A stretch of DNA of 64,000 nucleotides from Macrostomum lignano (taxonomy: Eukaryota): positions 62,001 to 126,000 of the forward strand of contig NIVC01000995.1 in NCBI GenBank assembly GCA_002269645.1. Direction: 5' to 3'. Numbering within the stretch: position 1 is the first letter of the stretch; every line of letters begins with the position of its first letter. The translations under genes and the position numbers were made by a program. Positions 28,107-39,877 of the stretch are shown one piece after another. Below the pieces are notes generated by a model. That model was not told the origin of the DNA, searched no databases, and was given only the letters and a program-made list of their open reading frames with translations.

Positions 28107-28488
28107 CTGAAGGACCCTGCTGAGGGTAGCATCTGCCACACTGAAGGACCCTGCTGAGGGTAGCATCTGCCACTCTGAAGGACCCTGCTGAGGGTAGCAT
28201 CTGCCACACTGAAGGACCCTGCTGAGGGTAGCATCTGCCACACTGAAGGACCCTGCTGAGGGTAGCATCTGCCACTCTGAAGGACCCTGCTGAGGGTAGC
28301 ATCTGCCACACTGAAGGACCCTGCTGAGGGTAGCATCTGCCACACTGAAGGACCCTGCTGAGGGTAGCATCTGCCACATTGAAGGACCCTGCTGAGGGTA
28401 GCATCTGCCACATTGAAGGACCCTGCTGAGGGTAGCATCTGCCACACTGAAGGACCCTGCTGAGGGTCCCATCTGCCACACTGAAGGA
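28107..28488. repeat. 34-bp minisatellite CTGAAGGACCCTGCTGAGGGTAGCATCTGCCACA
   Basis: About 11 copies. Confidence 0.95.
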
Positions 28489-29146
28489 ACATTGAAAGAT
28501 TCCAAGTTCAAAAGGTAAAAAAACGGCATCAAATATGTATTCTAAAGATTAAAAAAGCATTAATAAGCATATCTTTAGCATCACTGGTTGAGACAGGCAA
28601 TAGTTGACAGTAATTTTTGCTATCTATATGATTACGAGTACAACATACGAACTTACAATCACAGACAAAAGAAGCCACAAGTCAGCTAATTATACTAATG
28701 TCAATGAAAAAGATAAAAAAAATCAATTAGACATTAAGCGTTAAAAAAAATAATGGAGTTATATAACACGATCCAATCAGACAGAAATATACTCCAGTTA
28801 AAAAAGGCTAAAAAATGCAAAGTACACAAAAATACGCACAAAACACGATACAGAAACTCTATATACCTGTACACGTATTGCACTATACTAACACACCTAG
28901 CACTAATACTAAGCTAGCAGTTAAACTAAAGGATATGATTCAATCTTATGTCAATCAAATTAACAATTCGCTTTTTCAAGAATTTGATTATCAGGGAATG
29001 CAGCCAAGGATTGCTGTGAGGAGATCACCTCTACACGAGAAATATTGCTGGGCAGAATAATTCCTATGAGATCAATAGAATTCGGTCGAATCAACTTTTA
29101 CTAAGCTGAATAAGCGAGAAAGACTTCTTGATGAAAGGGGCATAAG

Positions 29147-30038
29147 TGACAAACACGGGAATCAAGAAGAGTGACAAACACGGGAATCAAGAAGAGTGAC
29201 AAACACGGGAATCAAGAAGAGTGACAAACACGGGAATCAAGAAGAGTGACAAACACGGGAATCAAGAAGAGTGACAAACACGGGAATCAAGAAGAGTGAC
29301 AAACACGGGAATCAAGAAGAGTGACAAACACGGGAATCAAGAAGAGTGACAAACACGGGAATCAAGAAGAGTGACAAACACGGGAATCAAGAAGAGTGAC
29401 AAACACGGGAATCAAGAAGAGTGACAAACACGGGAATCAAGAAGAGTGACAAACACGGGAATCAAGAAGAGTGACAAACACGGGAATCAAGAAGAGTGAC
29501 AAACACGGGAATCAAGAAGAGTGACAAACACGGGAATCAAGAAGAGTGACAAACACGGGAATCAAGAAGAGTGACAAACACGGGAGGGGGAATCAAGAAG
29601 AGTGACAAACACGGGAGGGGGAATCAAGAAGAGTGACAAACACGGGAGGGGGAATCAAGAAGAGTGACAAACACGGGAAGGGAATCAAGAAGAGTGACAA
29701 ACACGAGAAGGGGAATCAAGAGTGACGAACACGGGACGGGGAATCAAGAAGAGTGACAAACACGGGATGGGGAATCAAGAAGAGTGACAAACACGAGAAG
29801 GGGAATCAAGAGTGACGAACACGGGAAGGGAATCAAGAAGAGTAACAAACACGAGAAGGGGAATCAAGAGTGACGAACACGGGACGGGGAATCAAGAGTG
29901 ACGAACACGGGAAGGGAATCAAGAAGAGTGACAAACGCGAGAGGGGGAATCAATAAGAGTGACAAACACGGGAAAGGGGAATCAAGAAGAGTGACAAACA
30001 CGAAAAGGAGGAATTAAGAAGAGTGACAAACACGGGGA
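29147..30038. repeat. 25-bp minisatellite GGGAATCAAGAAGAGTGACAAACAC just downstream of the KEAP1 stop
   Basis: Perfect copies at 29147-29585, degenerating towards KEAP1. Confidence 0.96.
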
Positions 30039-30141
30039 ATGAGTAACACGAGCGTACAGACTGGGACATCTCCAGAAAAGTGACAGACTCAGGATTATCA
30101 AATCAAAGTACACAGAGACAACCAGACTCCGTCAGCATGGA

Positions 30142-33100
30142 CTACACTGGCGGTGCCACGCCTAGGCAGACACCGTGGCCGCTCTTGCCGCAGCTCATGG
30201 GCTCCCGCTCTGTCCAGGAGTCGGTGCGCGGACAGTAGACCTCAACAGAGGACACAAACTCGTATCCATCGTAGCCGCCGAACACCCAAACGCAGTCGTC
30301 AACGGAAACGGCGGCCAGAGCGCTGCGCGGTCGCAGCATCGGAGCGCAGGCCTGCCATTGGTTGGCCTCTGTGTCCAGGCGTTCAACTGTGCGCAATTGC
30401 TGGCGCGAATCGTATCCGCCGATGGCGTAGATGTACTTGCCGACGGCTACGACTCCGGCGCCGCTGCGTGGCTGCGTCATGGCCGCGGCCGGCTCCCAAC
30501 GATCGTCCTCGGGCCAGTAGCGCTCAACTGAGCTGAGCCGCTGGCAGCCGTCGAAGCCGCCGACTGCGTACAGTAGACGATCGACAACTGCGACACCGAG
30601 GCCTATGCGGGCCTGGCGCATTGGGGCGATCGGCAGCCACTGGTCGGAGTCCGGGTCGTACCTGGGAATGGATAAATATGGACATTAACTGCTTGAGAGT
30701 TGAGACTTTTATACAAGTATGACGGCAGTGTTCGCCTCAGTAACACCTGAAATAACTAAGGAACTGGCATTTTGAGGTGGCGCCTAAGAATCCCGGATTG
30801 GAATGGCGCTTGATTATCTGGGATTGAGGCGGCGACCGAGGATCTTGGATTTTTGAGCAATACATGAGGTAATCTGGGAGCTATGCACAAGGTCTGAAAG
30901 CTGTTCACAGGGATCTGAGAGCTGTTCACAGGGTCTGAAAGCTGTTAACGGGGATTTGGGAGCTGTTTATGGGTCCGGAAGCTGTTCACAGGGATCTGAG
31001 AGCTGTTCACAGGGTCTGAAAGCTGTTAATGGGGATTTGGGAGCTGTTCATGGGTCCGAAAGCTGTTCACAGGGATCTGAGAGCTGTTCACAGGGTCTGA
31101 AAGCTGTTAACGGAGATTTGGGAGCTGTTCATGGGTCCGAAAGCTGTTCACAGGGATCTGGGAGCTGTTCACATAAGATCTGAGAGCTGTTCACAGGGTC
31201 TGAAAGCTGTTAACGGGGATTTGGGAGCTGTTCATGGGTCCGAAAGCTGTTCACAGGGATCTGAGAGCTGTTCACATAAGATCTGAGAGCTGTTCACAGG
31301 GTCTGAAAGCTGTTAACGGGGATTTGGGAGCTTTTCATGGGTCCGAAAGCTGTTCACAGGGATCTGAGAGCTGTTCACATGGGATCTGAAAGCTGGATCT
31401 GGGAGCTGAAAGCTGGATCTGGGAGTTGTTCACAGGGATCTGGGAGCTGATCACACGGTCTGAAAGCTGTTCACATGGATCTAGGAACTGTTCACGGTGA
31501 TCTAGGAGCTATTTACGGGGATTTGGGAGCTGTTCATGGGTCCGAAAGCTGTTCACAGGGATCTGAGAGCTGTTCACAGGGTCTGAAAGCTGTTACCGGG
31601 GATTTGGGAGCTGTTCATGGGTCCGAAAGCTGTTCACAGGGATCTGGGAGCTGTTCACAGGGATCTGGGAGCTGTTCACAGGGATCTGGGAGCTGTTCAC
31701 AGGGATCTGTAAGCTGTTCACAGGGAACTGGGAGCTGTTCACATGGATCTGGAAGCTGTTCAAAGGGATCTGTAAGCTGTTCACGGGGATCTGGGAGCTG
31801 TTAACGGGGATTTTGGAGCTGTTCATGGGTCCGAAAGCTGTTCACATGGATCTAGGAGCTGTTCACATGGATCTGGAAGCTGTTCACAGGGATCTGTAAG
31901 CTGTTTACAGGGATCTGGGAGCTGTTCACAGGGATATGAAAGCTGTTCACAGGGTTCGAAAGCTGTTCAAAGGGATCTAGGAGCTGTTCACAGGGATCTG
32001 GAAGCTGATCACAGGGTCTGAAAGCTGTTCACAGGGATCTAGGAACTGTTCACGGTGATCTGGGACCTGGGAGCTATTTACAGGGATCTGGGAGCTGTTT
32101 ACGGGGATCTGGGACCTTTTTACAGGATCTGGGAGCTCTTCACGGGGATTTGGAATCTGTTCACAGAAATGTGGAAGCTGTCAGAGCTTATTTGTGATAA
32201 GCTATAAGCAAGCCTAACAAGACGGACAGACATCACAAACCTCTCGGCGCTGCAATGCGACTGCGACTGGGATGCGCCGCCAACAGCGTAGATTTTATCG
32301 TCAATAACGCCAACAGCCACTCGATTGCGCGACACGGACATGGGCGCGCACCGGTGCCAACGGGATTGGCCCTGGCCAGCGGCCGGATCGAACACCTCCA
32401 GGCAGGCGGCGTCCGAGTTGCCGCTCTCGTGATTGTTCCGGCCGCCGATCAGGTAGACGCAGCCGCGAACTGACACGGCGGCCAGGCCTGAGCGAGGATT
32501 GGCGAGGTCCGGCAGGCGCTCCCAGCGCATCGTGTCCAAGCTGAGGCATTCGAATGTGCGCAGCGAGTACCGGTAATAGCCGCCAGCGGCGTAGATGACC
32601 GAGTTCAGCGGCGACTGGCGCCGGTTCGGGTCAACTCGCCGGTGCGACAGCAGGCTGGCGTGAGCGGCGGCCAGGATCTCGCGAGCGCGGGGCTGCTCGC
32701 GCAGCAGGGCGCAGTTGCGCAACTGCCGATCGATGAAGTCCGGGGAGAGCGCGTGGCAGCGCACGAGAGGGAGCAGGTCCGGAAGGAGAGGGGATCTGCA
32801 GGGGGGGGGGAGAAAATGGCGACTAACTAGATGGCGAGACCTTGAATAGAAGAGCAGGAATGTACGCTCGTAATAATAATTGAATACACCTGACCTAATG
32901 GACAGATGTGCAACCGACAGCTCAACCGCAGCTATTGCGCGGTGCATCTGAAGGCTCCGTACGGCTGTTCAGTCCAAGGACTGGGGGATCGCCACACACA
33001 CCCTGAATTACCCCAGCTAATGCTGGCACCCATTTTACAGCTGGGTGAACTGAAGCAATGCAGGAGTTAAGTGCCTTGCTCAAGGACACAAATTGTTCCG

Positions 33101-35284
33101 AGTGGGATCATGAATCGAACCCCCGAGCTTCAAGTTAAGCCAGACGCTCTAACCAACCACACACAACCACTAGACATTGGGCTTGCATGCTATATATCAA
33201 TTCTACTCCGGAGCACACATAAAAGCGCCAATACTGTACACACGCTCACACAGGGTGTACAGCGGTCCTGACTTTCTAATGGTCATGCATGTACACTGTC
33301 TCTCAGTGCCTTGGGCGTTGGCCCTCATGCCCGTTCAAAAAGTTACCGGGACAAGAATCTCTAAAAAGTCGTTGCAAACAACTCTCTAGTGACTCTTGTG
33401 TAGAATCGCGAAAGAGTCGTCCAAGAATCGTTGTGTTAACGCTTCATTTTCTACTAACTAAGTAGGCTAGTTAGAGTGCAATTAGAGTTCAATAGGCTAC
33501 ACTGAGTGTTTATTGTGTAACTTTGTGTAACTCTACAGCGATTCTAGCACGCCTCAAATAATACGACTTTTAGAGGTTTAGAGTCCCTTGTTTCCTAGTT
33601 TACCTGTGTCATCTGCGAGTGCAACGACTCTGGGACGACGCAAGCGACTCTGGGACGACGCAAGCGACTCTGGGACGACGCAAGCGACTCTGGGACGACG
33701 CAAGCGACTCTGGGACGACGCAAGCGACTCTGGGACGACGCAAGCGACTCTGGGACGACGCAAGCGACTCTGGGACGACGCAAGCGACTCTGGGACGACG
33801 CAAGCGACTCTGGGACGACGCAAGCGACTCTGGGACGACGCAAGCGACTCTGGGACGACGCAAGCGACTCTGGGACGACGCAAGCGACTCTGGGACGACG
33901 CAAGCGACTCTGGGGCGACGCAAGCGACTCTGGGGCGACGCAAGCGACTCTGGGACGACGCAAGCGACTCTGGGGCGACGCAAGCGACTCTGGGGCGCTT
34001 CTTGGCCTATGTACCGTTTTCATCGGGATCGGGATGGGTCGTGGTGCAAGAGCCAGACGCGTTTGACCCCCCCCTCCTCCCGGAAGCCATAGCTAAACCC
34101 GCGCACCTGGCAGGCCTGTTATGATGCACCCAGCGCACCAGGGCGCTAAACACGTCCGCCTCAGTCCGCACGTGCAGCCGATCGCAGGCGAGAATTCGTG
34201 CCAGCGACCGATCGGACAGCTCAAGGAACTCCTCGTGCCCGGCCAGCTCGCAGAAGTGTCTCTCAATAAATTTGTCGGCATCGCGCGCCAACTCGGAGGC
34301 GCCGTGGGTGACGGCGAACTGGTGAATGCCCAGGCAATTGGTGGGGTGCAGCTGGGCCAGCAGGTACTGGCAGCAGGCCCTGGTCACGCAGGCCAACTGC
34401 AGCATTGTAGCGGCCGGCAGCAAGTCGCAAACGTTTGATGGGGTCAGGCGAACTTCGCCAGTGTAGATGAAGCTAAGAAGCTGGCGCAGAACTGAAGCTT
34501 TGACGCCGTGCAATCGGACCTGAAATGTTTCAGTGTGCGGCATTGACTTAGATGTACACATTGCCTGGTTATTTGAGGTGTTGAATTGATATCATGTGCA
34601 GCTTGATGGATTGTGATCGGGGAATGTACAGCTTGATGGATTGTGATCGGGGAATGTACAGCTTGATGGATTGTGATCGGGGAATGTACAGCTTGATTGT
34701 TTGTGATCGGGGAATGTACAGCTTGATGGATTGTGATCGTTAGGACTTTTTGTCATTAGGGAAACCACAAGGTCACATACAGTGTTAGTTGGTAGGTGAT
34801 TTCAGTCAAGACTATTCAGATGCCATTAAGGAATCTATACAATAGATTTTATTCATAGATGGGTGTTGCTACCCACAATGTCCCTCTGAACTTGAAGTTT
34901 CCCAAGAAGATGCACCATTTCAACAACTCCAGTGCTCCTCACCTCAGACATTGCAGCTTCGCGTAGTCCACCAGTGAACATGGCTCGGAAGTAGGGCGAA
35001 GCGGACGCCAGCACAATCTTGTGACAGGGCAGGCGCTCGCCCTCAACTAGCAGAGCAACGTCGCTGAGCTGGCCAGACTCGTACAAGGCGTACATAGCGG
35101 CGAATGTCTCGGCTAGGTGCTCCTTGTGCTGCTGGAACACCGCTGGAGCCGCGCCGCCACCGTGACTGCTGGCAGCGACAGCGGCCGCGGCGGCAGCGGC
35201 AGCAGCGGCAGCAGCGGCGGCCGCAGCACCAGAGCTGCCAGAGCCAGACTCCAGACTGCACTGCGGATAGTCCTCGCCATCCAT
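30142..35284 (-). CDS. KEAP1: Kelch-like ECH-associated protein 1 (BTB-BACK-6x Kelch), 609 aa, 4 coding exons
   Basis: Exons 35284-34943, 34519-34107, 32795-32241, 30661-30142 join in frame (1830 nt). BTB SDVALLV..CHKIVLASASPYFRAMFTGGLRE; VRCHAL; Kelch AGGYYRYSL, RSGLA, GGRNN..GNSD, MSVSRNRVAVGVID, GGFDGCQRLSSVE, RSGAGV, GGYDSRQQL, RSALA, GGYDGYEF. The GGRNN/RNR pattern is KEAP1-specific. Confidence 0.93.
30878..32170. repeat. Composite minisatellite built on GCTGTTCACAGGGATCTG (about 19-20 bp, with higher-order units), KEAP1 intron 3
   Basis: Directly visible tandem variants. Confidence 0.93.
32870..33175 (-). mobile_element. tRNA-derived CORE-type SINE in KEAP1 intron 2
   Basis: Minus strand: A-box-like TGGTTAGAGCG, B box GGTTCGATTC, then TGTGTCCTTGAGCAAGGCACTTAAC..CAGCTGTAAAATGGG (resembles the MIR/CORE domain), ending in an (ATT)n tail. 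Confidence 0.8.
33625..33997. repeat. 20-bp minisatellite CGACTCTGGGACGACGCAAG
   Basis: About 18 near-perfect copies; explains the RRKRLWDDAS ORFs. Confidence 0.97.
34597..34738. repeat. 30-bp tandem repeat GGAATGTACAGCTTGATGGATTGTGATCGG, KEAP1 intron 1
   Basis: About 4.5 copies. Confidence 0.9.
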
Positions 35285-35439
35285 TGTTGCTAGGGGGGGC
35301 ACTTGAAATTTGCAAGCTTTGATAGCTATTGAATGAGTAGAATTGAACAAATAAAACTTACTGCGCTTCTACCTGCAATACATGTTAGAATGATTTTAGG
35401 TCAAATAAGAGTTTTCAAGAATAGGAGCTAGAAAGGGCC

Positions 35440-35584
35440 TGTCAACTTAAGCTCATAAAGTGGAGCCCGAGTAACCTATGTACACAAATAATATGTCCAT
35501 TCTGTTCACAGTGCCACCAGGAAGCTGGGTTTGGCTCTACCTTAATAATAATTAGGGACTCCACCTTATTAGCTCAAGTTGACA
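35440..35584. other. Small fold-back element (imperfect 29-30-bp inverted repeats) upstream of KEAP1
   Basis: TGTCAACTTAAGCTCATAAAGTGGAGCCC (35440-35468) versus GGGACTCCACCTTATTAGCTCAAGTTGACA (35555-35584). Confidence 0.55.
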
Positions 35585-36927
35585 TAATATTTTCAATTAT
35601 CCCCTTGCTTGTTCTTTCTTATCCCAAGCCCAACTTTTGTCACTTTTTGCCAAACCCAGCTTCGCCCATTTCTGAATACAACTACCCTTTTTACAATGCC
35701 TTATCCTTGAAAAAAGATGATTAAGTCTTAATAAATATTTAATCCAAGAAGAAAATCAATCCATGGGCCTATAAGCCATACTAAGCCAAATCTCAGTGTA
35801 CAAATGAAAAAAAATGTAGTTGTCAGTATGCATAATTGTCATACAATATGCATGACATGGCATGCCAATGTGTGTATAGCATATATGATTTCTTATGAAA
35901 GGTGCACAATCTCCCCCTCCCTAGTCTGTTGGCACAAAATATCTCCCCCCCCGTGGTCTATTGGTACACAATCTCCTTCCCTATGGGTCCATTATATTGG
36001 CATTGGTATTGGTATATATTTGCTTAGCATTCTCATAAATTTGTAAATTTGATTTGGGACATTCTAGCAAATACTTAGCATGAGCTAGACTATGGCTTTT
36101 AAGCATTAAGAATTATGTTTAGGGGAGATCTTTATATGAGAATAAAAGTGGAATAATAAAGCTTAATTCATTAAGCATTATGACCAATTAGGACAATGGT
36201 TTTTAATCAAAAATTTAGTATATGATTACAAATTGCCTAATATTATTTTTGGCTAATAACATTCTTCAGGCTTATTTAATATATACTCAGCAACATTGAA
36301 AAGTTGTCACCTTTGCTCCAATGAGCAGTGTATTTTGACTAGTGTCTATAACCTAGCCAACTATTTTGATATTGAAAAAATATTTGAACAAAAACAATGA
36401 AAACTGGGTCTAGCTTCAACCCATCTAATCTTCACCTTTAATTCTTCTTAATCCTTCTTTACCTAGCTTAAATCTATATTGCATGGTACAAATTGTGTCA
36501 CTTAAAAGTCAATACTAAGGCTAAGCTAGAATTTACTATGCATTCTCAATGATGGTAGCATTTTAATCTTATTAAGAATACTTTTACTTTTTAGATAAAA
36601 TTTCAATTTTCATTGTCTTTAGTAGATTACTGATTAGATTTAAGTAGGCCTTTGTTGTTTTAAATTCTATACTTTATAATTATGCTACTTTTTCTTACCT
36701 TTTCTTACTTTACCTTAAAATTAAAATTTAATTTTAGTGATACATTAAAATGCATAGTATATTATTAAATGTATAGTGTTTAATATTTAATAAAATATAT
36801 TATGAAATATATTATGAAATACATATTAAATATTAAATCTTTATTTGCTATATATAAGTACATATAAATATAAAGCAGATCCTATAAATAATAAAGTATT
36901 GTCATAAAGTTGCATGTCTGAGAAAAA

Positions 36928-37578
36928 GTAGAATTAAGAAGATGAGTGCTATCATTTTTTAGGCGACATGTTTTGCCTTGCATCAGGCATCGTCCAATTA
37001 TCAATTTCAATGCTCTGGCGACCAAAGTATCACCTACATAGGTGAAGCTACCCGACACCTGTACGTGAGAAGTAGAGAACATAGGCAAAAGATGTTGGCC
37101 ATGCACAACCACCTGATGATATGCAAAGAATGCTATGACAGCCAAATAGATAAAAACTTTTCCATCATCCATATGTGCTCAAATGAGTACAGACTAAAAG
37201 TGCTTGAGGCCCTATATATAAAATTGCATAAACCAATCCTAAATAAGCAACTTGCCAATCACAGTGCCAATGCTCTCCTTAGTGTATTCTTGGTGTACAC
37301 TTGTGCTTTAAGTGTATAAGTGTATTTAAGTATATCTACTAATCTCACTCTCTTTCTCTCTCCTCTCATTGCAACTCTATGAGCACTCCGTTGGACTGTA
37401 TAATCTACTATTATTTATATACATTTATGACTTTTATCAACCTGTTTATAGTCTTAATTGTTAAATATAAATGAACAAATAAATTGTTACTAATTTCAAT
37501 AGCCTGATGATGCCTGACGCAAGGCGAAACATGTCGCATAAAAATGATAGTGCTCACCTTCTTAAATCTTAATTCTAA
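36928..37578 (+). mobile_element. 5'-truncated Penelope-like retroelement: GIY-YIG endonuclease remnant, pseudo-LTR and inverted terminal copy
   Basis: ORF 36978-37319 reads NYQFQC..ITYIGEATRHLYVRSREH..LKVLEALYIKLHKPILNKQ (GIY-YIG of Penelope type); 36928-36993 is an imperfect inverted copy of about 37507-37578. Confidence 0.85.
37499..37541 (+). ncRNA. Minimal type I hammerhead ribozyme motif
   Basis: CTGATGA (37504-37510), stem II GCCT/AGGC, GAAAC (37526-37530), palindromic ACATGT mini stem III, GTC cleavage triplet (37533-37535); stem I is weak (TAGC/GCATA). Confidence 0.72.
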
Positions 37579-38045
37579 ATAATAAAGTGAATTTAATTTA
37601 ATATGTTTTTGATAGAAACCTAGATTTAAATTAATGAAATATTAAAAATGCAAGGTAGGTCTAGGCCTATATAAAACAAAAGATAGTTAATATATAGAAA
37701 ATTGAAATAGACCAGTAATACTAATTTTGATATTTTATAAACTTTAAGGCCAATACCAAAGGGCTTTAAAATTTATATATAATAATAGGCCTAAACTAAG
37801 CTACCTACACTTAATTTTTAACTTTGAATTTTACACTCTGTTTGTTTGGTCTATATATAAGGATTTTTATTGTAACAGTCCACTGCAAACATTTAAATTA
37901 ATTTTTTCGCCTTTAAGACATGACTAGATAAAATATAGAATAGAAATTAGGCCTATATAATTCATTAATTGATTGGCAAAAATGCAGTTTCCTAGGTCAA
38001 ATTATTTTTTGTTTAAATTTGCCTTTATTTCAGCTTTATTTCAGT

Positions 38046-38292
38046 ATGGTGGAGCGAGGGTCCAACTGGTGTATGATGGAAGTCATTCCAGATCACTCTA
38101 TGCAGAGTCTACAAACTGCGGACTGCACAGAGTCTACTACCCATCATCAACCGCTACATGTTGCTAGGCACCTGCATAATTACAGATCATCTTGGTGAGG
38201 CTCACCTTGGCGAATTCATATGGCGACATGTTTTTCCGGAGAAGCAATTCGGAAATATCCTGTACTGGATACAGCATTATTATCAATGCTAA
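38046..38292 (+). mobile_element. Degenerate Merlin/IS1595-type DDE transposase fragment
   Basis: MVERGSNWCMMEVIPDHSMQSL, then after a 25-nt insertion LPIINRYMLLGTCIITDHLGEAH, then GEFIWRHVF..FGNILYWI*. The motif order matches Merlin transposases as recalled. Confidence 0.65.
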
Positions 38293-38807
38293 AGTAAACC
38301 TTTAACTTCTTTTTTAGCTTTGTGACACTTGACAATCTGTAATACTAATACTCCCCTGCAATACATTAATATCGCATAATTTTACGAAAAAAAGATTTAA
38401 CGCAGCAAACTGCAATTGTTTGGTTAAAGCACTACACTCTACTCTATAGATAAGTTCATTTTGGTTAATATTTAAACGGCTGTTTGGATTTATGATCAGG
38501 ATCAATCAGGGTCAGGACCAATCCTATATCCTATATCCTATATATCTAACATTTTAATTCTAAAACTAAAACTCTAATAGATAAATTGTAAAATGGATGA
38601 AAATTTTCATTTTTTATATGATCTTAATAATTAACTTCTGTGGAATGCATTCTTAGTCAATCTTAGAGTTATCTTTAGGCGAAAGTAGTAAGAGTAGTAA
38701 GAATTTGGCTCAGGCAATTAGCCTGTTTGGCCAATATATTATAGAGCTATGTATTTGGAAGAATTTTCGAAATAGAAGTTTATAAAGACGACTTGAATTC
38801 TATGCAA

Positions 38808-38925
38808 AAAATCTAAATCTAAATCTAAATCTAATCTAATCTAATCTATTAGATTGCATAGAAGTCTATATCTAATCTAATCTGAGACACGTCTAATCTA
38901 AATCTAAATCGAAAATCTAAACTTC
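38808..38925. repeat. (AATCT)n pentanucleotide repeat
   Basis: Short imperfect run. Confidence 0.75.
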
Positions 38926-39877
38926 TATGCAATTTCAAATCTGCGCGTTTCTAAGAAAAACATTTTGTTTTAATACACGTGTCTCAAATTTCGTAATAAT
39001 TATTTTTTAAACGAACTGAAATTTTAGTACAAGGACGCGATTTTCAGCGAGGAGAAGACAACTCGTTTCGAGCTTCGAATCAGCCTTCAGCCTTTACTGG
39101 CTAGTCAGAATAGGAAGGTTGCCGGCTACCATAAGGGCAACAAATGCGCAGATATATACTCAGACAGATACTCAGACATATACTCAATACTGAGACAATT
39201 ACTCAAATATATACTATAAGAATAATACGCAGACCGGTTCTAAGAAACTTTGGTGGCCGTTTTTTGGATTTAATTAAAGGAGAGAAGTATAGCCCTAGCA
39301 CAGCTTGGTGGCTTAGCAGTGAGACTTATTTTAGAGGGTAGAACTAACCCCTACAATTAACTTTGGTGGCATCTTTGGTGGATAGCCACTTTAGCTAGCC
39401 AAATCTGTTTTTAAATTCCATCACTGGCATTATGATGCAATTTCCAATTTTAACAATAACATTTCATGGTGATTAAAGTAACTAAATAATACATGTATTC
39501 TAAAAGGTAAGCTACTGGATTTAGTAAGCTTGCCACCTATTGACTAATGTACATAGTGTGACGTTGTCAATTTAAGTAGCCCCGTCAAGGGCCGTTTCAG
39601 CATACGGTACCAATCTATAATATTGTTAATTAATGGTCTCGTACTCTCACGTCTGCTTAAAGTAGTGCCCAAAGAATTTTAAACAATTTGCGTACGTTTG
39701 TAAAGCCTAAGTACAGTAGGCGATCGATAATTTCTGTTTTTCTCGCCGGCCAATAGAAAAGCCGCGCATAAATTATGTTAGCCTGAAATTAAGTTCTCCG
39801 CGCGCACCCACCCCCAGCCCGCTCCTTATCAGTCCTGTATGGCTGGGGCGCTCGGGGTTAGACCCGCCTTGGACCTG

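Noticed and set aside
28815-29060. 81-aa ORF
   Set aside because: No recognisable domain or splice support; AT-rich intergenic DNA.
25442-29600. Regular 25-60-bp repeats as CRISPR arrays
   Set aside because: Head-to-tail units with no unique spacers, no cas genes and a eukaryotic context.
29147-30038. GTGACAAACAC units next to KEAP1 as antioxidant response elements
   Set aside because: The ARE needs TGACnnnGC; these have AC in place of the essential GC and lie 3' of the gene.
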